Made by a program: the position numbers and the translations under genes. The notes under the pieces were generated by a model. The model was given only the letters and a program-made list of their open reading frames with translations. It made no database searches and was not told the origin of the DNA. Below are positions 1-8,164 of a stretch of 30,228 bases of DNA, one piece after another (the first letter of the stretch is position 1; each line of letters begins with the position of its first letter). Origin of the DNA: Candidatus Moanibacter sp. (GTDB lineage: Bacteria > Verrucomicrobiota > Verrucomicrobiia > Opitutales > UBA2987); assembly GCA_965215885.1 (NCBI GenBank), contig CBDCEW010000020.1:1-30228 (forward strand). The letters are read 5' to 3'.

Positions 1-1
1 A

Positions 2-951
2 AGTCCCGGTTCCGAGGTGGGTGGGTGGCGCGGGTTGGCGGAGAAGCGCAAGGCACCCGATGAAGGAAGGGAAACCCCGTCCCTTCGGTTATTCTAATTC
101 GGGCATTGTTCTCGAAGTCAGCGAAGGTGTGACACGGTTCAAACGGGGGGATCGGGTCGCTTGCGTCGGCAATGGTTTTGCCCAGCACACCGATACCGCG
201 GTCGTCCCGCACAACCTAGCGGTGCAACCTTCCGGACAACGTCACCTACGCCCAGGGTTCCTACGCCATGCTGATGGGTACCGCTCTTCACGCCCTCCGG
301 CGGGCCGTGCTCGGCTTCGGCGAAACCTATGCCGTCGTCGGTCTCGGTCTCGTCGGCCAGCTCGCGGCCCAGTTGCATCGGCTCGCCGGAAACCCGGTCA
401 TTGGGTGGGACACCATCCCGCTCAGGACAGAAATCGCACGGAAGTGCGGCATAGGTGCCACCGTGACGGTTGGGCGCGAAGATCCCGTGGCAATCACCAG
501 CGAGTTTACCGGCGGTTACGGCCTCGACGGTGGCTTGATTTCCTTCGGAGGCGAAGCGGGAAGAGCGGTGCAGGACCTTGTACGGTGTATGAAAAAGTAC
601 CCCGACAACCACCCCGCGGGCACCATCGTCGTTGTAGGGAATGCGCGGTTCACTTATCAAGAGCACGAGCCGGTCGGGATGACGAATATAGATATCCGGA
701 GGGCGTCGCGCACCGGGTACGGCTACCACGACGAAGACTGGGAATTCGGGCCTGCCTACCCCCCGGTCGTCATGCGTTGGACGACCACCACTAACCTCGA
801 GCTCTGTATGCGGCTGGTTGCCGAAGGTAAACTCGACGTCGACACGCTGACCACCCACGTCATCCCGCTCGACGAAGTAGACGAGGGGATTACCAGGGCG
901 ATCGAGGATCCGGATGATATGCTTGGGGTTGTGTTTACCAGAGGGGGGTAG
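2..951 (+). CDS. Zn-binding (MDR) alcohol dehydrogenase-like oxidoreductase; 5'-truncated by the window edge, with two apparent frameshifts (~65-70 and ~228)
   Basis: Frame 2 gives SPGSEVGG (2-25). Frame 3 gives PFGYSNSGIVLEV...GDRVACVG...H...AVVPHNLAV. Frame 1 continues LPDNVTYAQGSYAMLMGTALHA...VVGLGLVGQ (Rossmann GxGxxG) to the stop at 951. Confidence 0.8.
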
Positions 952-971
952 CTTCTGGGCACCTTACTAAT

Positions 972-1036
972 CTTTATCGTAAGCTTCGTCGCAAGCTTAG
1001 CCGGGAGTTCCACCTGAAGAGTCGACGAAGTTGAGA
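972..1036. repeat. 12-bp-period degenerate repeat (CTTYRTCGYAAG / CGACGAAGTT family)
   Basis: Units ctttatcgtaag cttcgtcgcaag cttagccgggag, then an inverse unit cgacgaagtt. Related arrays at 2670-2695 and 17129-17293. Confidence 0.55.
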
Positions 1037-1111
1037 GAGAACCAGCGATTCTTCACAGAATCGGGTTGTGTTTCCGCCGTTGGCTGCTACTCAGACTCCA
1101 TCACAACTTAA

Positions 1112-1285
1112 CCCGAAAATTTCACAAATCTACTACTACGACGACGGATCTCACCGCGTGTCAATGCCTTCCCTTGCCCGGCGACCTCAGAGGGTCTTAA
1201 CACACTGTCGCCCGCCGTGCTTCGGAAAGGCATTGACACGCAGCGATCTACGCCGTCTCGCTACGAAGTGTGTGAAATGTCCGGG
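1112..1285 (+). mobile_element. 174-bp MITE, copy A
   Basis: TIRs cccgaaaatttcaca...tgtgaaatgtccggg, flanked by TTAA/TTAG. Colinear with the copies at 5615, 12813 and 26699. Confidence 0.9.
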
Positions 1286-1305
1286 TTAGTCGGAAAATAC
1301 GAAAG

Positions 1306-2139
1306 ATGCGTATCTCGGATGAGCAACTCGCCACCTTTAAAGAACAGGGCTTTCTGATCGTCGAAAACTTCCTCACCAGAGAAGAAAAAGAAGCCGCGCT
1401 GGACGGTTTTTTCAGTCTGTTTGCCCCGCCTTACGACCGGTACATCGCAAACGGACGCGAGAATGACACCCCCGGCCAGACGGTCTTCCCGTGGGACCAC
1501 TCCGGCCTCAATCATGTCACCACTCACCCCGACCTGATCGACGCCGCCGAACGCGTCCTCGGCACGCGCGAGATCCGCCTTGGCGAGGGCCACCTCGGCA
1601 TGAAATACGCGGGGCACGACTACAAAGCCTTCTTCCACATCGACTACGGCAACAACACGCTGGGTCCGATCATCGACCCGGATGACTTTATGCACCTGGA
1701 CTGTTTTTACTGTTTCGACGACGTGGAGGATGGGATGGCGCCGATCCGCATGGTTCCTACCGGACGGCCTGACGAGGAGTTTGTGCCGATGATCGTGCCC
1801 GGTGGTTCGGTTTGCCTCTATACGCCGTTTACCCGCCATTCCGCTTCACACTTCGCAGCGGAGCGAGGCCATCGCCCGGTCATGTGGGTTGGCTTCAACC
1901 GCAAGGACCGGCTCTGGGACGGCGGCCGGACCTTTGCTTACAAGAGCGGTGCCAAATTTGACGCAATGAAACGCTTCATCGTTGAGGCCTCCCCGCGCCA
2001 GCTCGAGCTGCTCGGTTTCCCGCCTCCCGGCGATCCGCTCTGGACCGAATCGTTTATCGAGGGAATGGTGACTCGGTATCCTGGCTTCGATCCCTCGCCG
2101 TATCATGCAGCGAATGTGCAAAAGGGGGCAGAAAAGTAG
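1306..2139 (+). CDS. Phytanoyl-CoA dioxygenase (PhyH)-family Fe(II)/2-oxoglutarate dioxygenase
   Basis: N-terminal ISDEQLATFKEQGFLIVENFL, HxD (FHIDY), distal His (TRHSAS) and Arg (GHRP). Confidence 0.85.
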   Translation: MRISDEQLATFKEQGFLIVENFLTREEKEAALDGFFSLFAPPYDRYIANGRENDTPGQTVFPWDHSGLNHVTTHPDLIDAAERVLGTREIRLGEGHLGMKYAGHDYKAFFHIDYGNNTLGPIIDPDDFMHLDCFYCFDDVEDGMAPIRMVPTGRPDEEFVPMIVPGGSVCLYTPFTRHSASHFAAERGHRPVMWVGFNRKDRLWDGGRTFAYKSGAKFDAMKRFIVEASPRQLELLGFPPPGDPLWTESFIEGMVTRYPGFDPSPYHAANVQKGAEK

Positions 2140-2227
2140 ACCCGCTTATCGGAGCAACAGCCCGTGTCTTTTTGAGATTATTGGGGCGTTCGCTCGCGAT
2201 CGCCCTCCAAATAAAGTCACAAACTCT

Positions 2228-2695
2228 CCTGGCGCAGGGTAGCCGCAACCAAAGGAATGGGTCAGTCCCGGCAGGCCGGGAAATGAAGGGCAACGAATGG
2301 GGACTGTGGGAGCATTGAAAAGCAACGGATAGTAAAGAGGAAAGATTTCTCACGCAACGGTCTTCGACCCGCAAGCGTTACTACGCCCTGTCCAGAAGCC
2401 GCAAAGTCGCAAAGGGGGGAGGGGAAGTAATCAGTGAACCCTTCGACGGGCTCAGGGCCTTCGGCAGTGAACAGTGGTCGGAAGGGTGTTCCCGCGGATT
2501 CGAGAACTGATTCAATGCCCAACATCGAACGTCCAACGCCCAACATCGAAGTAGGGATCTTCCTCCTTCGTTCCCGCTTCGCTCCTGACTACGGAGGACA
2601 GGTCGGTGTTCGAAGTTTCCCGGTCCCGGCGAGCCGGGAGAGCGAAGGCAACTCCTACTTCCCTGGGTAACCTTGTCCCGAACCTTGTCGATCAC
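2228..2695. repeat. Intergenic mosaic of short repeats: heptamer arrays, hairpins and a GCCGCAACCAAA unit
   Basis: cctggcgcagggtagccgcaaccaaa (2228-2253); tcccggc-NN-gccggga hairpins (2266, 2624); cagtgaa heptamers (2425-2478); aacRYcS heptamers (2514-2548); cccttcgacgggctcaggg (2439). Confidence 0.7.
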
Positions 2696-2771
2696 CATTG
2701 AATATCAGCCTCCGCTTCTCCAAACTTTGCTTAAAAAACAAGAAATTGTCGGTTTGTACTTCAAAAATAAG

Positions 2772-4129
2772 GGTCTAACAGCAGAATCTGTGGGTGGGTA
2801 ACGTCGCTTACAAGAGGAAATAGAGTCGGTGAGCACAAGGAGAAGTCAGGGCGCTGCCCTGAATCCCGCTCCTCCACAGCCGGAGGGGCTGGTCGGTGTT
2901 TTCTTTGCATATGGGATTGAAAGGTTGAAGCACCGGGCCGTTCCGAGGATGAAAGTAGTACCGAAAATACATCCTGAACACGGAGGACCCAGTGCTCATC
3001 AAAACGCTACTGAATCGGTGCTATTGGCTCAAGTGTTTCGCAAAGGCGAGTATGGAAATGGTGAAATCGGAGGAGGCGATTGTGGTGCAGATTGAGCCGC
3101 GCAAGAATAGTCGGGTGTGCTGTTCGGGGTGTGGCCGGACGGCCAGCGGCTTGAGCGAGGCGAGGCATTTTGAATTTGTGCCCTTGTGGGGGATGAAGGT
3201 GTTTCGTTACCGCATGCGGCGGGTCAATTGCCGGCGGTGCGGGGTGAAGGTCGAAGAGGTGCCCTGGGCCAAGGGCAAGAGTCATCTGAGTTGGCCAATG
3301 CAATGGTTTCTGGCCCAGTGGGCGAGGCGCTTGAGCTGGGAAGAGACGGCAAGGGTTTTTTCCAACGTCTTCGAGTCGGTCGAGGCGATGGTGCGTTGGG
3401 GGCTCAAACGGCGCGATATGAGCGGGATTGAGGCGATCCGATGAGGTGCAGTATCATCGAGGCCATCACTATCTCACCGTGGTCTACCAGCTTGACGAGG
3501 GGCGGCGGCGGCTATTGGGCGTATTCTAAGCGCAACGTAAAATCGCTCTTGCGTTTTTTCTGGGAATTGGGAGCGCAAAAGAGCAGCCAGATCCTCTACG
3601 TCTGCTCGGATCGGCCTTACCTTTCTGCACATCCTCGATCGCTTCCACTTGGTAGCCAACCTGAACAAGGCCCTCAATGAGATTCGTGCTGCGGAAGCCA
3701 GGGATTGCAACGGGACGGCTACATCAACGTGCTGGTCAAAAGCAAATACTGTTTCTTGAAAAATCCGCAAAATCTCACCCCCACCCAACAGATCCGCCTC
3801 AAGGAGGTGCTCCAATACGATCTGAAGAGCGTTATCCTAAAGGAGAGCTTTCAGCTCTTGTCGATCACAATGGTATCTGAAAAAATGGTGCACGCGCGCC
3901 ATGCGTTCAGCCTCAAACCGATCAAAAGGTTCGTGCGCTCGGTGCGCAAACACGAGCCGCTTCCCAAACTGGTTTCGGGCCAAAAAGGCCTTTTCCTGCG
4001 GCATTGTGGAGCTTTAACCGCAATATAAAATTCAGAAAAGTACGGCTTTAAGAGCTTCGAAGTGCTTAAGATCGCCCTATTTCATACCATGGGCGACTTG
4101 CCTTAACCCACAGATTCTGCTGACGAGGC
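2772..4129 (+). mobile_element. ISL3-family insertion sequence, degenerate
   Basis: Imperfect 24-bp IRs sharing cagcagaatctgtgggt (2772-2795; inverse 4106-4129). AT-rich flanks aaaaataa/aaaaatct could be a decayed 8-bp target duplication. Transposase remnants lie inside. Confidence 0.9.
2992..4105 (+). pseudogene. ISL3-family transposase, multiply frameshifted
   Basis: Zn finger CSGCG...RRVNCRRCGVKVEEVPWA. Fragments LTVVYQL, VCSD, LDRFHLVANLNKALNEIR, KSKYCFLKNPQNLT and LKIALFHTMGDLP lie in shifting frames. Confidence 0.9.
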
Positions 4130-4157
4130 AAAAATCTAAGTTTGGACGGATTGTAAT

Positions 4158-4312
4158 ACGGAGGCATGGGAATCACGGAGTTTCCAATCTCTGTGGCCCC
4201 GTGCCTCCGTGAGAGCATCTCCGTTTGATTTCGGTACAAACGCTTTTGGTCGTTCTTACAGGTCCAATCTGTCCCGGTTTCCCTCCGCGATCTCCGCGTG
4301 CTCTGCGGTTAA
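4158..4312. repeat. Inverted and tandem CACGGAG/CTCCGYG short repeats
   Basis: acggaggcatgggaatcacggag pairs with ctctgtggccccgtgcctccgt. Nonamer units ctccgcgat ctccgcgtg ctctgcggt at 4283-4309. Confidence 0.55.
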
Positions 4313-4378
4313 TCGTTTTCTTTCATTGGCAATTTTCGGATTCTCATAATAGATAATCGGAAATAGAATGTTCACGCT

Positions 4379-5326
4379 ATGACAACCCACCCACTTCCCC
4401 GTCGCCGGCTCGGCAGAACCGAATTGAGTATCCCGGTCATCCCCTTCGGCACCCAGGGTTTCGGCAACAACTTCGGCGAGGTGTCCGACGAGGAGGCCGT
4501 AGCGCTGGTCAAGCACGCCGTCAGTCTGGGTGTAAACCACTTCGACTGCGCGCGCTGTTACGGCGATTCCCTGCGCAAACTCGGCCTCGCGTTGTTGGAG
4601 ATCCCGCGCAAAGACGTGATCATTACCGGACGGCTCTGCTGCCACTCCGGAGCAAAGTGGGGATTTTACGGAAAAAGTGAGGAGTTTGGGCCTCCGGATT
4701 ACTCAGCAGAACGGGTGATACGCGACGTCGAGGATCAGTTGAGCATCCTCAATACCGATTACTTCGACGGCATGCTGATCCACGATCCGCCGGAAATCGA
4801 GCCGACTTTGACCAAGGACGGGACATTGGCCGGGTTGCTGAACTTGAAAGCTCGCGGCCTCGTGCGCCATGTCGGGTATGGGATGCGCCCGCACGACTTT
4901 CACCTGAAAGGGATTGGGACGGGTGAGGTCGATTTCCTTCTCTGCTTCAGCGATTTTAATCTTATTCGGCAGACCGCGGCCGAGAACATTCTTCCCGCTG
5001 CCGCCGCGGCGGATGTGGGCGTGATGAACGGCTGGTCGATTCTTCGCGGTCTCCTGACCGGCGTCGATATTGAAGATGCGATGGAGAAGGGGCGATACAG
5101 AAAGGATGATGACGCGGAAGCGGCCCGGATGCTCCTGGACTGGTGCCGGAGGGAAGGGGTCGATCTCCTGCAGCTGGCCCTTCAGTTTTGCCTTCGAGAG
5201 GAGCGCATCCACGGCAATCCGATCGGCAGTCTCAATGCCGCCCAATTGGAGGCGAATATTAAAGCCGTATCCACACCGCTCCCGGACGAGGTATGGGACA
5301 GATTGCAGTTAGAGTTTGGAGTGTAG
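4379..5326 (+). CDS. Aldo/keto reductase
   Basis: RRLGRTELSIPVIPFGT, GVNHFDCARCYG (catalytic D and Y), LIHDP, LLQLALQFCL, NAAQLEANI. Confidence 0.9.
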   Translation: MTTHPLPRRRLGRTELSIPVIPFGTQGFGNNFGEVSDEEAVALVKHAVSLGVNHFDCARCYGDSLRKLGLALLEIPRKDVIITGRLCCHSGAKWGFYGKSEEFGPPDYSAERVIRDVEDQLSILNTDYFDGMLIHDPPEIEPTLTKDGTLAGLLNLKARGLVRHVGYGMRPHDFHLKGIGTGEVDFLLCFSDFNLIRQTAAENILPAAAAADVGVMNGWSILRGLLTGVDIEDAMEKGRYRKDDDAEAARMLLDWCRREGVDLLQLALQFCLREERIHGNPIGSLNAAQLEANIKAVSTPLPDEVWDRLQLEFGV

Positions 5327-5448
5327 ATTTTGGAGAAACCGCGGATTTTCCAGGTCAGGCGAGCCTCCCCGTGCCAGGCTCAGGGCCCTGATGCTCTCGA
5401 ACGGGCAACCGAAGAGATGAGAGGAACCGCAGATGGCCGCAAAGTAAA

Positions 5449-5614
5449 CTAGCGCAGCAGAGCCGCAACCAAAAGAGAAGAAGAGAACCGCAGATGAACG
5501 CAGATGGACGCGAATGAAGAAGAATTGACCACGGATTCGAGCCGTCTTCGCTCTGCCGTACGGCAGACCGGTTGCTCTCTTTCCCTCAATTTGGTTGTGA
5601 CTACGCTGCGCTAG
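5449..5614. repeat. Inverted pair CTAGCGCAGC..GCCGCAACCAAA enclosing decamer repeats and a palindrome
   Basis: 5449-5473 is the imperfect inverse of 5590-5614. Inside are cgcagatgaa-type decamers and tctgccgtacggcaga (5552-5567). A third unit lies at 2228-2253. Confidence 0.7.
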
Positions 5615-5788
5615 CCCGCATATTTCACACACTTCGTCGCGAGACAGCGGAGGTTGCGGCAGATCAAGGGCTTACCAAAGTCCGGCGGATGACGGTGTGT
5701 TGGAACACGTGGAAGTCGGCGGACGAGGCAAGTCCTTGAGGTGCCGTAAGATCCGCTGTCGTAGCAGATGGCTTGTGAAATTTGCGGG
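5615..5788 (-). mobile_element. 174-bp MITE, copy D (most divergent, inverted)
   Basis: TIRs cccgcatatttcaca...tgtgaaatttgcggg, CTAG on both sides (5611-5614, 5789-5792). The reverse complement aligns without gaps to copies A-C. Confidence 0.9.
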
Positions 5789-6036
5789 CTAGGACATCCT
5801 TGGTTAATTTCGAATCTTCGGGATTTTCGTTTTCTTAATACAATCGTATGCCCTCCCTGATTTCCATTGAATCCTTATCGATGGTGGCGGCGGAGCCGGA
5901 CGGTGATCTAGAATTTGCGGCGGATTTCGCGGCTGTTGAAATCGAGCGGGTGAGCGGCGTTCGGCGGGCCAGGGTCGACCCGGTTGAGGATGCCGAAACG
6001 ACAGCTTTTTCACCGGAATCCATTTTTTAAGGATAG

Positions 6037-6095
6037 TCCCCTCCTGGGATGAGCACCCGAGTAGACTGCTCGGGTGTGGTAGGGCGGGGTGGGTC
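6037..6095. repeat. TCCCCTCC..GGGGTGGGT repeat unit interrupted by a hairpin
   Basis: Same family as 19691-19722, but carries an internal hairpin cacccgag-N7-ctcgggtg (6054-6076). Confidence 0.5.
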
Positions 6096-6177
6096 AAGCA
6101 GTAGAGTCCTCGCAATTCGAGTTTTACCCAGTGACTTACTCGGAAAAGTGTGGCATCCTCAACTTAGGTAGTGAAAA

Positions 6178-6305
6178 ATATCCCGGCGAACAACTCCACG
6201 TTCTTGCGAACGCGGCTACAAAGTTCTGTTAGTCGTTAAACTATGTAGCCGCGTTGGCAAGAACGTGGTCAACGATTCTAAGAAGACGACCTTTTCAGCA
6301 GAATC
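6178..6305 (+). mobile_element. ~128-bp REP-doublet element, copy 1
   Basis: Inverted GTAG-REPs at 6196-6219 and 6245-6268 with a 25-bp spacer. Right end ttttcagcagaatc. Homologous to 14156-14283 and 25770-25896. Confidence 0.8.
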
Positions 6306-6313
6306 GAAACAAA

Positions 6314-7753
6314 ATGCAAAAAGAGAAACCAAACATCCTCTATATCCATTCCGATCAGCACACCGCAGGGATAACCGGGTGTTATGGAGATCCGGTAGTG
6401 GAGACGCCCAACCTTGATGCCCTTGCGAATCGAGGGGTGCGCTTTACGAATGTCTATTGTCCGTCCCCGGTCTGCGTTCCTTCCCGCATGTCGATGTTGA
6501 CGGGCCGACACCCCCACGAACTCCAGGTGTGGACGAACAACCATATCCTCGATTCGGGCGTACCGACATTTGCTCATTCCATGGGTGCCGCGGGGTACCG
6601 TCCTGTTCTCATTGGAAGGATGCACTCGATGGGCACGGACCAGCTTCACGGTTACGCCGAGCGTCCGATCGGGGATCACAGTTCAAACTTTCCGGGGACG
6701 GGTGGGGCGGCTTCGGGTCTTCGGAAGTCGGTGGAACAATCGGGACCGGGTCAGAGCGCCTACGAGGTGTACGATGAAGACGTTACGGCGTGCGCGGTCA
6801 ATTTTCTCGATCGATTGGGCGGTCAGAAGAGCGCGGGTGAGCAGTTGGAGCCCTTCAGCCTGTCCGTTGGTTATATCCTGCCGCATTCGCCCTACGTTGC
6901 GCGACGTCAGGATTATGAGCACTACCGGAATTCCGTGACGATGCCGAAGCATCGTATTCCGTTCTCTGACGACTTGCACCCATTTGAAAAATGGTGGCGC
7001 CAATGGGGCAACACCGAATCGGTCCCGGATGATGACATTCGCCGGGCGCGGATCGCTTACTGGGCCCTGATCGGCTCCATGGACCGGATGATCGGCCGGA
7101 TTCTGGAAGCCCTGGAAAGGAATAGCCTGGCGGAAAATACGATGGTACTCTACATGTCCGACCACGGAGACATGGCGGGCGAACGCGATCTCTGGATGAA
7201 GCGTTGCTATTACGAGGATTCGGTCAAAGTGCCGGCGATCCTCTCCTGGCCGGGGCTCGTTACCGAAGGGGCGGTCTGTGAACGCGTTTTGAGTTCCCTC
7301 GACTTTAACGCTACGATGCTCGACGCCATCGGAGCGCCACTTCTACCCGGTGCGCACGGGCGAAGCGTTTTGAATCTCGTTCGGGACCTGGACACGACCT
7401 GGGATGATGTCGCTCTTTCCGAGTACTGCGTCCACGAGGGGTGGACCACCCGGATGATCCGCCGCGGTCCGTGGAAGTACTGCTACTACCACGGACATGA
7501 GCCGCAGCTCTTTAACCTCGACGACGATCCCGACGAACTGAACGACCTCGGTCAGGATCCGGAACATGCCGATATCCGCGAGTCCCTCCGCGCCGAGTTG
7601 CTGGAAGACTGGGACCCGGACTGGGTATCGGACGCGATTCAGCGGCGCAAAGTCGATCACGATCTTTACCGGGAATGGGTCAGCCGGACCAATCCGCCGG
7701 AACAGTTTCTCTGGCCGCGGAAACCGGAGATGGATTTTCTGGAAATGGAATGA
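6314..7753 (+). CDS. Formylglycine-dependent sulfatase (choline-sulfatase-like)
   Basis: PNILYIHSDQH, CVPSR (CxPxR) with LTGR, GRMH, PHSPY, SDHGDM, QLFNLDDDPDE. Start placed at ATG 6314 because the upstream extension is repeat-derived. Confidence 0.92.
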   Translation: MQKEKPNILYIHSDQHTAGITGCYGDPVVETPNLDALANRGVRFTNVYCPSPVCVPSRMSMLTGRHPHELQVWTNNHILDSGVPTFAHSMGAAGYRPVLIGRMHSMGTDQLHGYAERPIGDHSSNFPGTGGAASGLRKSVEQSGPGQSAYEVYDEDVTACAVNFLDRLGGQKSAGEQLEPFSLSVGYILPHSPYVARRQDYEHYRNSVTMPKHRIPFSDDLHPFEKWWRQWGNTESVPDDDIRRARIAYWALIGSMDRMIGRILEALERNSLAENTMVLYMSDHGDMAGERDLWMKRCYYEDSVKVPAILSWPGLVTEGAVCERVLSSLDFNATMLDAIGAPLLPGAHGRSVLNLVRDLDTTWDDVALSEYCVHEGWTTRMIRRGPWKYCYYHGHEPQLFNLDDDPDELNDLGQDPEHADIRESLRAELLEDWDPDWVSDAIQRRKVDHDLYREWVSRTNPPEQFLWPRKPEMDFLEME

Positions 7754-7760
7754 TGGAAAA

Positions 7761-7853
7761 GAGATGTGGGATGCGAGATGGGGGAGTGATGCGAGATGCG
7801 GGATGCCCTTCGACTATAAGGCTCAGGGTCTACGCTACGATTCGACGGGATGT
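7761..7853. repeat. GRGATGY heptamer array with an inserted CCCTTCGAC..GGCTCAGGG unit
   Basis: gagatgt gggatgc gagatgg..gtgatgc gagatgc gggatgc [7807-7846] gggatgt. Confidence 0.7.
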
Positions 7854-7942
7854 GGGGTCGCTGCCTGCCAGATTCAACTGTTGACTGAGACAGCGGTGAT
7901 TGGGGTTCGTGGGTTTTTTTTAAGATTACGGTCAACAGGAAT

Positions 7943-8164
7943 ATGAATTCCAAAAAAAGCATCGTCGCTCCAATATCGCGCTTCGCATCTCGATTGCGAT
8001 TCCCGGTTCTATTTCTCCTAACACTAGCTCTCTTCATTGTCGATCTCATGGTTCCGGACTTCATTCCCTTCACCGATGAGATTCTGCTGGGACTCGCGAC
8101 GGTTTTATTAGGGAACTGGAAGAAGCGGAAAGAACGGAAAAAGGAGAAATCGAAACCATCTTAG
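7943..8164 (+). CDS. Small membrane protein (DUF6116-like)
   Basis: RLRFPVLF...DLMVPDFIPFTDEILLGL pattern, hydrophobic core and basic tail. Confidence 0.75.
   Translation: MNSKKSIVAPISRFASRLRFPVLFLLTLALFIVDLMVPDFIPFTDEILLGLATVLLGNWKKRKERKKEKSKPS

Noticed and set aside
139..858. Long antisense and alternate-frame ORFs (also 13387-14166, 20387-21082, 24507-25247)
   Set aside because: Shadows of well-supported genes in GC-rich sequence.
1068..1289. ORFs overlapping MITE copies (also 12674-12937 and 26599-26823)
   Set aside because: Reading frames and stops are not conserved among copies; these are repeat-derived.
5848..6030. 60-aa acidic ORF between repeats
   Set aside because: No RBS or recognisable motif; it could be a remnant but cannot be supported.
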